From Promethearchaeota archaeon (GTDB taxonomy: Archaea > Asgardarchaeota > Lokiarchaeia > Sigyniarchaeales > SOKP01): a stretch of DNA of 64,000 bases. Positions 28,966 to 38,500 of the stretch are shown here, one piece after another. The DNA lies in NCBI GenBank assembly GCA_016840085.1, contig JAEOTA010000004.1, positions 251,957-315,956 on the forward strand, written 5' to 3'. How positions within the stretch are numbered: the first letter of the stretch is position 1; the number at the start of each line of letters is the position of its first letter. The translations under genes were made by a program, and so were the position numbers. A model generated the notes under the pieces. That model saw only the letters and a program-made list of their open reading frames with translations. It did no database searches and had not been told where the DNA came from.

Positions 28966-30612
28966 TTACATTGCCCTCCTTTTGGTCACTACTCGTAATG
29001 CAAAAATTAATATTGCACTAATAATTATGACAACAACACTGGCAAAAATTGCGGAAGCATAAGCATTACTCTCTACCCAATCTACAATTAATACTGGTAC
29101 TGTTCTGATATTGCCCATGACTACAATAGTAGCCCCAGTTTCTCCCAAAGAACGTGTAAATACCATGATACAACCCGCAATTATTCCTTGTTTTATATTT
29201 GGAAGGGTTATTCTTCTGAATACTGTTAAATTAGAAGCGCCTAAAGTACGAGCAGCTTCTTCTACTCCTTTATCTGAAGTTTCTAATACCCCAATAATCG
29301 GTCTAACCATATAGGGAAAAGTAAATGCAATATGTACAAATAAAATCATATAAAATCCAGATTGAAAAAGTCCTAATCCCGCAGGTCCCCAAAATAAGAA
29401 TGTAGCAAATCCTAAAGCTGCCGATGGAATAGCAATAGGGATATCAAGAATGGTGTCAAGAAACGTGATTACTTTACCCCACTTTCTTTTTGTAATTATG
29501 AAAGCAAACGGGATCCCAAAAAGGAGATTAATCACAACGGCTAATGCTCCTATTTCTATTGAATATATAATACTTATATATAGATATGCCCATTTATAAT
29601 CTTGCCCCAGAAATAATTCTGTTATCCAATCTTCGCCTATAATTTGAGTTAAAATATAAAATGCAGGAAGTAAAATAATACTTAGAAGCATTAATATAGC
29701 CAGAATATCTCGTAAATATCTTAGACATTTATGGCTTAAAAAGCGTTCTATCCTTGGCCAGACAGATTTGATGGGAAATCCTGCTTTTCTAGTAAAAATT
29801 TTTATTGAAAATAAGAGTAGAATTGATATGGCAATTAAAATTCCAGCTAATAATGAGGCTGAGGGGAGTTCTAATTGTCTTCTAAATCCAACTATCATAA
29901 TTGGTGCAGTTTCTATCAAACCTGAAAGTATAATTGTAGCACCAGTCTCACCAAGACTTCTTGTAAAAGAGAGTATAGCTCCAGCTATTAATCCCTCTTT
30001 CATCAAAGGTAATGTTATAGTTCGAAATACAGTGAATCCAGAAGCGCCAAGAGTTAGAGCCGCATCTTCATATAATGTAGATGTCTTTTCTAACACAATT
30101 TTCATATTTCGTACGATATATGGAAAAGTGAACACAATATGACCGAATAGAATTAATGAAAATCCCGGTTCGATTCCAAATACTGCCCAAAATAATAGGA
30201 CTGAAAATCCTAACGCACTTGTGGGGACAGCCATGGGTAAATCTACTAATGCATCAAGAAATTTTTTACCTCTAAAGTTGTAGCGAGTTAAAATAATTGA
30301 GATAGGGAAAGCTATTATAATATCTATTCCGACAGCGATAGAAGCAATTGTGAAAGAATATCCAAGGGATTTTAAGATATTAAACCATTGTAAATTACCC
30401 AATAATTCGTCATTAAAAACATCATGGTTTATTGCAGGAATATTCAAAAAAATTGTAGAAAATATGTTAATTATTGGTCCAATAATTACCAAAATAAAAA
30501 AAACTATAGTGATAATATCTAAACTCTTTCTGTATACCAGTTTCGAAAAAAATCTATCTATTTTTAGGCTTAATGATAATTTAATATCCTCTAAGCTTTT
30601 ATTTTTCCTCAT
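28966..30612 (-). CDS. Fused double ABC permease (CysT/CysW/ModB-like halves)
   Basis: Two repeats with DLPMAVP/DIPIAIP, EDAALTLGAS/EEAARTLGAS and FTRSLGETGA. Confidence 0.9.
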   Translation of the reverse strand: MRKNKSLEDIKLSLSLKIDRFFSKLVYRKSLDIITIVFFILVIIGPIINIFSTIFLNIPAINHDVFNDELLGNLQWFNILKSLGYSFTIASIAVGIDIIIAFPISIILTRYNFRGKKFLDALVDLPMAVPTSALGFSVLLFWAVFGIEPGFSLILFGHIVFTFPYIVRNMKIVLEKTSTLYEDAALTLGASGFTVFRTITLPLMKEGLIAGAILSFTRSLGETGATIILSGLIETAPIMIVGFRRQLELPSASLLAGILIAISILLLFSIKIFTRKAGFPIKSVWPRIERFLSHKCLRYLRDILAILMLLSIILLPAFYILTQIIGEDWITELFLGQDYKWAYLYISIIYSIEIGALAVVINLLFGIPFAFIITKRKWGKVITFLDTILDIPIAIPSAALGFATFLFWGPAGLGLFQSGFYMILFVHIAFTFPYMVRPIIGVLETSDKGVEEAARTLGASNLTVFRRITLPNIKQGIIAGCIMVFTRSLGETGATIVVMGNIRTVPVLIVDWVESNAYASAIFASVVVIIISAILIFALRVVTKRRAM

Positions 30613-30663
30613 TTTTTGATGTTTTTTAATTACTTCTTTCTTTAATTTAATAATAATTCTCTT

Positions 30664-31788
30664 TTATTCCGTTGCTTTACAAAGTAGCCAAAAATCAGGA
30701 ATTCTCAGTAATACATTTCCATCAATTGGTGGTTCTAATTTAGGTACATTAAATTCAAGAGCAATTCCATTAGTTTCATAATTGAATACCTCAGGATCTA
30801 AAGGAATTAAAGGATTAATGGGCCTAAAACCATATTGGATAGCAGATTCAACGGTATCAGTTTTATTAAGGAAATTAAGAAAAGCTTCAGCTACAACCCT
30901 TTGCTCAGGAGTTATCCATTCAGCATTTAATATACAAAATGGATGATCACTATATAAGGTTCCTTCTTCTGGATAAATAGCAATAACTCTTCCCCCTGTT
31001 GATGTGCTTGAAATATCCCTTATTAGATTTTCATACAAGAAGACTATATTTAAAGCACTAGGTCCTTCATTTTTCATATAACGGGCTAAAAATCCAGTGG
31101 ATTTTCCATACATCAATGCACTAGATTCAAATTCCCTAAACCATTGCTGATTATCCGTGTTGATAAGTTCTGTCATTGATAAATTTATAGAAGAAATCCC
31201 CGATGCAGCAGATAATGCCATTATGACGCTCATAAACCCCGAATTTGATAACCTAGGATCTGTATGAGCCATTCTAATTTCAACATTTGGATCTACACTT
31301 AAATCATGAATGTCTAAAAATCCTTTAATATTATAAGATTCATTAAAAGATTCCCATGTAGCAATTACTACTGGTGAATAAATTATCTTTACAGCTTCAC
31401 TAATATTTACTATTGGCTCCTGAATTTTCGTTAAATCTCTCCATTTAGTAATTAAGATTGGCAACCAAATGGAACTTGCAGGGCTCCAAATTGTTGGATA
31501 AATTTCATTGTTTAAGATACTGATTATCGAGTCTGAAGAACCATATGGATGCATATCAATGGTTATTTTTTCATCTGGATGGTTATTATGCCACTCTTTC
31601 ATAAAATCTGAATATGCTACAGTCATCCAACTTGCCTTTTCAGAACTATAAATAATACTAATATGTGTTTTTTCCTCTTCCCCTCTAATTATAATACCCG
31701 CGGAAATATTTCCAATAATGAATCCTAAGATAAATATAATTAATAGATTGATTTTATTACGCTTTTTAATTTTACGTAATTTATTCAT
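30664..31788 (-). CDS. Membrane-anchored solute-binding protein (SBP_bac_11-like)
   Basis: SSEK, WSPASS, SPVVIA, TDPRLSNSG, STGFL, YEN, IYPEEGTLYSDHPF motifs. Confidence 0.8.
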   Translation of the reverse strand: MNKLRKIKKRNKINLLIIFILGFIIGNISAGIIIRGEEEKTHISIIYSSEKASWMTVAYSDFMKEWHNNHPDEKITIDMHPYGSSDSIISILNNEIYPTIWSPASSIWLPILITKWRDLTKIQEPIVNISEAVKIIYSPVVIATWESFNESYNIKGFLDIHDLSVDPNVEIRMAHTDPRLSNSGFMSVIMALSAASGISSINLSMTELINTDNQQWFREFESSALMYGKSTGFLARYMKNEGPSALNIVFLYENLIRDISSTSTGGRVIAIYPEEGTLYSDHPFCILNAEWITPEQRVVAEAFLNFLNKTDTVESAIQYGFRPINPLIPLDPEVFNYETNGIALEFNVPKLEPPIDGNVLLRIPDFWLLCKATE

Positions 31789-31816
31789 AATTTACAAAAA
31801 TTTATTAGATTTTCAT

Positions 31817-31915
31817 TTAAATAAAAGACCTAATATAGTTATCCATAAATGTGAATATAATCCCTGATAATAAACCTAAAATTAAAGCAATTATAAATAA
31901 GGTTTGTCTCTTCAT
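31817..31915 (-). CDS. Small single-TM peptide (32 aa) heading the ABC operon
   Basis: Hand translation MKRQTLFIIALILGLLSGIIFTFMDNYIRSFI*; below the ORF-track cutoff; co-oriented and 28 nt upstream of the SBP start. Confidence 0.5.
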   Translation of the reverse strand: MKRQTLFIIALILGLLSGIIFTFMDNYIRSFI

Positions 31916-32011
31916 ATGACTTACTTACTGATTATTCTATATATTTTTCAATCCTTTCAAAATCAAGGTATTTTTTTTTAAAAGTAGTTATGACTTCCTT
32001 GAATAGTTTTA

Positions 32012-32047
32012 CTATATATCATATATATCCTATATATTCTATATAGA
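32012..32047. promoter_or_regulatory. Four tandem 9-bp units (ctatatatc/atatatatc/ctatatatt/ctatataga), putative operator between the ABC operon and ppa
   Basis: Read directly; last two units equal the 18-mer upstream of phoU. Confidence 0.5.
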
Positions 32048-32167
32048 AAGATTCTCTTGGTAGATCATTAAAATAAGAGATATTATTAATATTTAAAGAA
32101 ATCATCTTTTGTATGTTTAAATTATTAAGAAGTAAAATTTAAGAAATATAGGCAAATTTAGATAATT

Positions 32168-32701
32168 ATGAATCTATGGAGAGATATCCCCCCTGGAGAT
32201 AATCCTCCCGTTCTTTTAAACACTGTTATAGAAGTAATTAGTGGCTCGAGAGATAAGTACGAGTATAAACCTGAATGGGAGGCTTTTGTATTAGATCGAA
32301 TTATCCCTTCATCTGTTGTTTTTCCCATAGAGTATGGTTTTATCCCCCAAACATGGTCAGACGATAATGATCCTCTGGATATAATGGTTTTAAGTTATGA
32401 ACCACTAGAAGTGGGGTGTATTGTAAAGGTTCGAGTTATTGGAGCTTTAGTTATTGAAGATGAACATGGTGATGACCCAAAAATTCTCTCTGTTTTAGTT
32501 AATGATGCTAGATTCAGTGGATATAATGATATTCATGATGTGCATAAACACAAACTAAAGGAAATTCAGGAGTTTTATGAGACATATAAAAGATTAGAAC
32601 CACATAAATGGGTTAAATTTAAAGAATGGAAAAATGCTGAAGGTGCAAAAGTAATTGTAGATTATTCAATTAACCTGTTTAAAAACAAGAAGCTAACTTA
32701 A
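32168..32701 (+). CDS. ppa: Family I inorganic pyrophosphatase
   Basis: DKYEY, LDR, YGFIPQT, DNDPLD, DPKIL, FYETYK motifs. Confidence 0.95.
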   Translation: MNLWRDIPPGDNPPVLLNTVIEVISGSRDKYEYKPEWEAFVLDRIIPSSVVFPIEYGFIPQTWSDDNDPLDIMVLSYEPLEVGCIVKVRVIGALVIEDEHGDDPKILSVLVNDARFSGYNDIHDVHKHKLKEIQEFYETYKRLEPHKWVKFKEWKNAEGAKVIVDYSINLFKNKKLT

Positions 32702-32742
32702 ATTAAGTTTTAATTATTTTAAGAATACGAATTTCTATAAAA

Positions 32743-34317
32743 CTATATTAAACTTACTCCTATAACACTTTTATGTGGGGTTTTTCCTATAAGTTTCAAT
32801 AAAGTTGGAACAATATCAGTAGTTTTACAAAAGGGAATATGTTTGTAGGGAATTTCTAATGATCCTCCAATTATTAGTGGAACGACCATACATTTTGTAA
32901 GACCAAGATCATGGTCATATATATTCTTATTTTTTTGTTTTCCATGATGAATGTTAAACACAACCGTGCCATCATTACTCAAAATTAAGTCACTACTTCT
33001 AGGATTCTTGAAATGACGCGGTATCAAGTCAGGGAAAATAGGAAAATCAAGATGATGAGTTGCTTCTAGCCATTCATTAATAGAATGATATTTATTATCC
33101 ATTAATCGGCTTGCTATATCATCATTTAAATACCCAAAGATATCATTATCAATATCGTCAGATATATAACGAGTTTTATATTCTTTGCCTCCTCCTTGAT
33201 ATTCAATTACTCCAGATAAAATTTTGTCATTATCATTGATTTTTCTTTTTAAATGAATAACTCCCTTATTATGTGTATTCTCATCATCTCTATAATACAT
33301 CATATGACTTCCTTCTATTCTAAATAATTGCTCTACTAAATTTATTCTTCTTGGCCCATAATTTTTAAGCTCCTTAAGAGTAGGACGAGTCCATTTATAT
33401 TTATATTCTGGATCGGTTAAACCCTTAAAATTGAAAAACCCTACACCCGCATACTCAGAAATATTCATATTTCCCTTTAAATTTTTGCGAGGATGATAAT
33501 GAGTAAGCTCATTTTGTTTAAAAAAATCAGATAAATTACCCACTTTATTTGCTTTATAGTTTCCATGATCAGAAGTGATTGCGATAGCTGTATCTTCTAG
33601 ATACCCTATTTTTTTTAGATTATCAAGTAATATACCAATGACTTTATCAATATGTAATAAATTAAGTTTATAAATGAATGAATCGAATCCATAAGCATGC
33701 ATTAGTAGATCTGAGGATATAAACCATAATAAAGAGCAAATAGGAGGCTCTGAGCTATCAAAAAACCTTTTTGGTGTATTGAAAACTTCAATCAATTTTT
33801 GTACTATTCCTGAATTAGCCCTGATGAGCCTTCGCTTTACATTTGGGAAATACTTCAAAATGAGATAATACATAGCAAGTTTTGTTTTTCTTTCAGGAAA
33901 AAAATAATTTGATCCTCTGCTGATAAATTGGGTTATACTTGCAGTATTTCCATCATTTATCATTTCAAGAATGGTCTTACAATTATTACCAATTTCTTTG
34001 TTAAGTTTATAGATTTGCATGTCTCTAGCAGCGTAACTTCTTAGAATTGGTGGAGAATAATCACGACCCATCCAATTTATTAAGGGAATACCGTGACATA
34101 ATTCTTTTTTATAATTTCCTGTGTAAGTCCCTGTTAAAAGAGATACTTGGGAAGGATACGTGATGGGAGGAAAATCCGTTATACAATTCTCAGAATAAAT
34201 CCCATTTTCCATTAATTTCTTCATATTAGGGAGGAATCCTTTACGTATAAAACTAAAAAAATGCTCTGCTCTAACGTCATCAATAACACAAAGAATAACT
34301 CTGTTTACCTTATTCAT
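32743..34317 (-). CDS. Alkaline phosphatase superfamily protein (nucleotide pyrophosphatase/phosphodiesterase-like)
   Basis: VIDD, PPITYP (Thr nucleophile), DLLMHAYG, TSDHG, YDH, DIVPT motifs. Confidence 0.85.
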   Translation of the reverse strand: MNKVNRVILCVIDDVRAEHFFSFIRKGFLPNMKKLMENGIYSENCITDFPPITYPSQVSLLTGTYTGNYKKELCHGIPLINWMGRDYSPPILRSYAARDMQIYKLNKEIGNNCKTILEMINDGNTASITQFISRGSNYFFPERKTKLAMYYLILKYFPNVKRRLIRANSGIVQKLIEVFNTPKRFFDSSEPPICSLLWFISSDLLMHAYGFDSFIYKLNLLHIDKVIGILLDNLKKIGYLEDTAIAITSDHGNYKANKVGNLSDFFKQNELTHYHPRKNLKGNMNISEYAGVGFFNFKGLTDPEYKYKWTRPTLKELKNYGPRRINLVEQLFRIEGSHMMYYRDDENTHNKGVIHLKRKINDNDKILSGVIEYQGGGKEYKTRYISDDIDNDIFGYLNDDIASRLMDNKYHSINEWLEATHHLDFPIFPDLIPRHFKNPRSSDLILSNDGTVVFNIHHGKQKNKNIYDHDLGLTKCMVVPLIIGGSLEIPYKHIPFCKTTDIVPTLLKLIGKTPHKSVIGVSLI

Positions 34318-34380
34318 TAAGCCTCAAATTAATGAATTATAGAAAATATAAAAATTAATATTATCAAAGATGGTTTTCTA

Positions 34381-34687
34381 TTAAGTACTACTTTTAAGTA
34401 TTAATTTTGCATACTCACCAAAAATTAAAATCCACAATTTTTTTCTTCCATACTTCTCAGTTCCAAATTTATCATAAAATAATCCAATTAAAAACTTCAA
34501 TGCCCAAGGAATAAAAGTAATTGAAAAGATGCCTAAGATCACTGCTAAATCGAATGTCATCATATTTGTTAGCCAAAATGGAATGATAATATATTGTATC
34601 CCATTATATAAACCTTGAGTTGAATAAAAAAAAAGAGAAAATATATGGATATGATTTCTTGAATTCTAAATTATCTTGATTTTCCAT
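34381..34687 (-). pseudogene. Truncated, frameshifted MFS transporter fragment
   Basis: ATG 34687 MENQDNLEFKK; +1 shift in the A9 run 34626-34634; then YSTQG...PWALKFLIGLFYDKFG..GRKKLWI aligns with the N-terminus of 16337..17644; ends after about 100 aa. Confidence 0.75.
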
Positions 34688-34788
34688 ATAATTACTTAGA
34701 CTTACGAATTAATAAAGAAGATCAATCTAATAAGAAAAGTCATTCAATTACGCTTTTTGAGAGATTTCAGTTAAAAATAAAAAGTATA

Positions 34789-34890
34789 AGCCCCCGGGGG
34801 GATTTGAACCCCCGACCTTCCGATTACAAATCGGATGCTATACCGCTTTGCCAAATAATGCGCTCATCAATATTTTTAAGCTACGGAGGC
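34789..34890 (-). tRNA. tRNA-Thr(UGU) with a 30-nt intron in the D-loop (about position 14/15; 34847-34876)
   Basis: Acceptor GCCTCCG/CGGGGGC, anticodon arm TCCGA-TTTGTAA-TCGGA, T arm GGGGG-TTCAAAT-CCCCC; removing 30 nt restores the D arm GCTTAGCGGTATAGC; no encoded CCA. Confidence 0.9.
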
Positions 34891-35046
34891 TAAATAAATT
34901 TTTACTATATTTTACATGAAACTGCTATAAATTTTTAATTTTGTGGTTTTAGAACGTAAAAAAAATCAACACAAAAAATTAAATGTTAACATATCTTTTC
35001 GTTAATCAAATACCTTATTATTAATTTAATTATAGTAAATTAGGAG

Positions 35047-35397
35047 TTGGTTAAAAAAATGTTCACAAAAGAGGATGTGGAGGTATTAGCGTTTCAAAGG
35101 TATAAATCTGATGAAAATTATGAAAAGAGTGTTTGGTATCTAGCTGAATTATGCTGTACAATAAACAAAAATGTCAAAAATGGATATGATATCAAACCCC
35201 TTGAGACTGATAATTTGGTGTTATTAATTAGAGAAGATGTTAATGGTGTAGTTATTGAACCAACGGAAGAAGAAATTAAAGAAATTGCTGAGACTATTTA
35301 TCAAGAACATCCAGAAAAATCAAAATTACACTGGTTTATTGCTGAAAAGCAACTCCTTTCAGAAGAGATAAAAAAAGTTATAGAGAATAATAGGTAG
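35047..35397 (+). CDS. Hypothetical protein with two DUF2934-like motifs
   Basis: EDVEVLAFQRY..VWYLAEL and EEIKEIAETIY..HWFIAEKQL; GGAG SD present. Confidence 0.7.
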   Translation: MVKKMFTKEDVEVLAFQRYKSDENYEKSVWYLAELCCTINKNVKNGYDIKPLETDNLVLLIREDVNGVVIEPTEEEIKEIAETIYQEHPEKSKLHWFIAEKQLLSEEIKKVIENNR

Positions 35398-35551
35398 AAA
35401 TACTTCTAATTCATAGAAATTAGCTAATTCTATTTATTTACAAAAATTCTTGACTTTAGAGTAGTACATAAGATATTAAAGAAGGAATAGTGAGTATTAT
35501 AATAAATATTATAATAATTATTTATAATAGACATTAAGATATTATTTTTTA

Positions 35552-38500
35552 TTGGTATTTATGCCACCTCCAAAAAAGAAAAAACTTGACGATAAGGAAC
35601 AAACTTCACTTTTTTCCTTTGTTGATGAAAAAAAACAGAAGAAAGATAAATCCCTAGAAAGATCTAAAAAAGAAGAAGTTAAAAAAGATAAAGAAGAAAA
35701 ACTAAAAATTAAGCCTATAGTTATAAAAGAAGAGAAAATTACAAATGCACCATTAACAGAAAAATCAGAAATCCCTCAAGTTTCTTTCTTTAAAGAAAAG
35801 GATGAACCTTTTGGGTTAAAAGAAGGAAATGTAACATTAGAGAAAGTACTCAGAGAAGGAGTAACTTCAAAATATATCCGTTATTTAATCGAAAAGGGAG
35901 AAGTAGTTAAAGACTTAAACAGAGGCTTATTACTTGATGTAGATTACGATGGTGGACAAAACAAGGCATATTGTAAATTCTACGATTTGGATACTGATGA
36001 TATAAAGATGTGGATTGACAATACTGATCATGAACCTTATTGTCTAAGTAAAGAGCCGATCTCAGAATTAGAAAAACTAAACTTAACAAATTATGAAGGA
36101 TTTAAACGATTTGAAAAAATCAAACGTTTTGACTTATTAAGAGATAAAGAGATTGAAATAACAAAGATTTATGGTAAAACACCTACAAATATCGGAGGAT
36201 CTGGCATTAATATCCGTAATATATTAGGTGAAAATGATAAAAAAGCGTGGGAAGCAGATATTCGATATCATTTAAATTATATCTTTGATAGGCAATTAAT
36301 CCCTGGATTAATCTATACTATTAAAAATGGAGAGATAATAGAAGTTAATTTTGAAGAGATTGACGTAAATTCTAAAAAAATGACTGAAGAGCTTCAAATC
36401 TTATTTCAAGATGAAGCTCCAGAAATTCAGGAGTTTTCTGAAAAATTCTTAGACATCTTTATTACTCCTATTCCTGATGCTAAAAGGATGGCTATGGATA
36501 TTGAAGTTATGGTTGGCGAAAGAGATTATAAAATTCCAGATCCACGTTTAGCCAATCAAGAAGTAATTAGTGTGTCATTTGTAGCTACTGATGGGTTAAA
36601 ACTTGTGTATATGCTTGAACGAGAAGGATATACTTTTGAAACATTACATAAAAAATTTCCCTCAGATGCTAAGGTTGTTTTATTTAAATCTGAGAAAGAT
36701 CTATTAATAGAAACTTTCCGGCTTATATGGGAGTATCCTATAATTATTACTTTTAATGGCGATAATTTTGATTTAAATTATTTATTCCATAGAGCAGAGA
36801 AATTAAAAATCGATAGAGACTTAAATCCTATTCATGTAAAACGAGGTTTTGGAATTTTATCAAAAGCAGAATGTGATTTAAGAAAAGGAATACATATTGA
36901 TGTATTTAATCTATTCTTTAACAGAAGTATTTCTGGATATGCATTTGGGGGTGCATATGAGAGTGCATCATTAAATGCTATCAGTGCTGCATTATTAGGA
37001 GAAGAAAAATTTCAGCATGAAGAAATAATTCATGAAATGGAATATGATATCCTCTCTTGGTATAATCTTAAAGATTCAATATTAACTTTGGAGTTAACTA
37101 AATTTAACAATTCTTTAGTCTGGAATTTAATAATCTTATTGTGTAGAATTACAAAAATGCCTATTCATGACATGGTTCGTAGGCAAATCTCAACCTGGAT
37201 ACAAAATATTTTTTATTTTGAGCATCGTAGAAAAAATGCTCTTATTCCTAGGCGGTCAGAGATAAGGGAAGAGAAACCAGGAGGGATTCTTTCTTCTAAA
37301 TCTGATGATGAGAAGTTTTTGGGAGCATATGTCGTACCACCTGTTCCAGGTATCCATTTTGATGTAGTAGTGATGGATTTTGCTTGTTTTTCGGATGATA
37401 CAGAAATTTTGACCAATAATGGATGGTTTACATATAGTGAACTAAAAAATCATAAAGAGAATCAGATAGAAGTAGCAACAGTCAATCCAAAGAATAACAA
37501 TATTGAATATAATGCAGTAAATGAGGTATTTGAATATGATTATAAAGAGAAAATGATTAATTTCAAACAACAAGGAATTGATATATTAGTAACGCCAAAT
37601 CATCGAATGGTTTATAATAAAAGGACAAACGAAAGAGAAAAAACAACTTTTGAAAAAAAAATCCGTATTAAATTGGCTAATGAATTAAAAGAAGATTATC
37701 TTTATGCTATTCCATATACTGGTAATTGGAAAGGTGAAAATAATCTTATACAAATAGGAAATAAAAATTATAATCCATCTGATTTTTTACCTTTTTTGGG
37801 ATGGTTCATTACCGATGGTGGCATATCGGGAAGAAGTGTGAATATCTACCAATCAAAAGAACAAAATTTTGATCATATAAGAAATTCAATAGAAAAACTT
37901 GGATTTCAATATAAAGAATATGAAAGAAATAGAGAGGGTAAGAAATTAGAGAAAATATTTAGTATCCATAATGTTTCATTTAGAGATGATTTAAAAAATT
38001 GGTTTAAAAAAAATCTGGGAATATACAAAAGAAATAGAATTCCACCTGAAATTTTTAAACTAAAAAGAAAGGATCTATTATTACTATTTAAATCTATGAT
38101 TTTAGGAGATAGTAGGTGGTCCGATGATATTTGCTATTCTTTTGATAGTTTAAGTGAAGATTTAGCAAATGATTTTCAAATTCTATGTTTAAAAATAGGT
38201 TATGGATGTAACATCAAAAAAGAAAATATCATTACAGAATTTGATAACAAGAAATATGAAAGAACGAACTATCGTTGTTTAATATCATATGAGAGAAAAA
38301 ATATCATTAGAAAACATCATACAAACTTTGCAGAATATCGGGGAAAAATTTGGTGCGTATCAGTTAATAATGGTACGGTTATTGTTAGAAGAAATGGAAA
38401 ACCTTTTGTTTCAGGTAACAGTCTTTATCCCTCTATTATAAAGGAATATAATCTTTCGTATGAGACAGTCCTATGCCCCCACAAGGATGATGAAGATAAT

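Noticed and set aside
26572-31788. Calling the ABC system PstSCAB or a sulfate/molybdate transporter
   Set aside because: The subunits lack PstS/PstB-type motifs and the SBP is not recognisably Sbp/ModA; substrate left open
34381-34900. Integrated element at the tRNA
   Set aside because: No integrase and no duplicated tRNA 3' end found in the window
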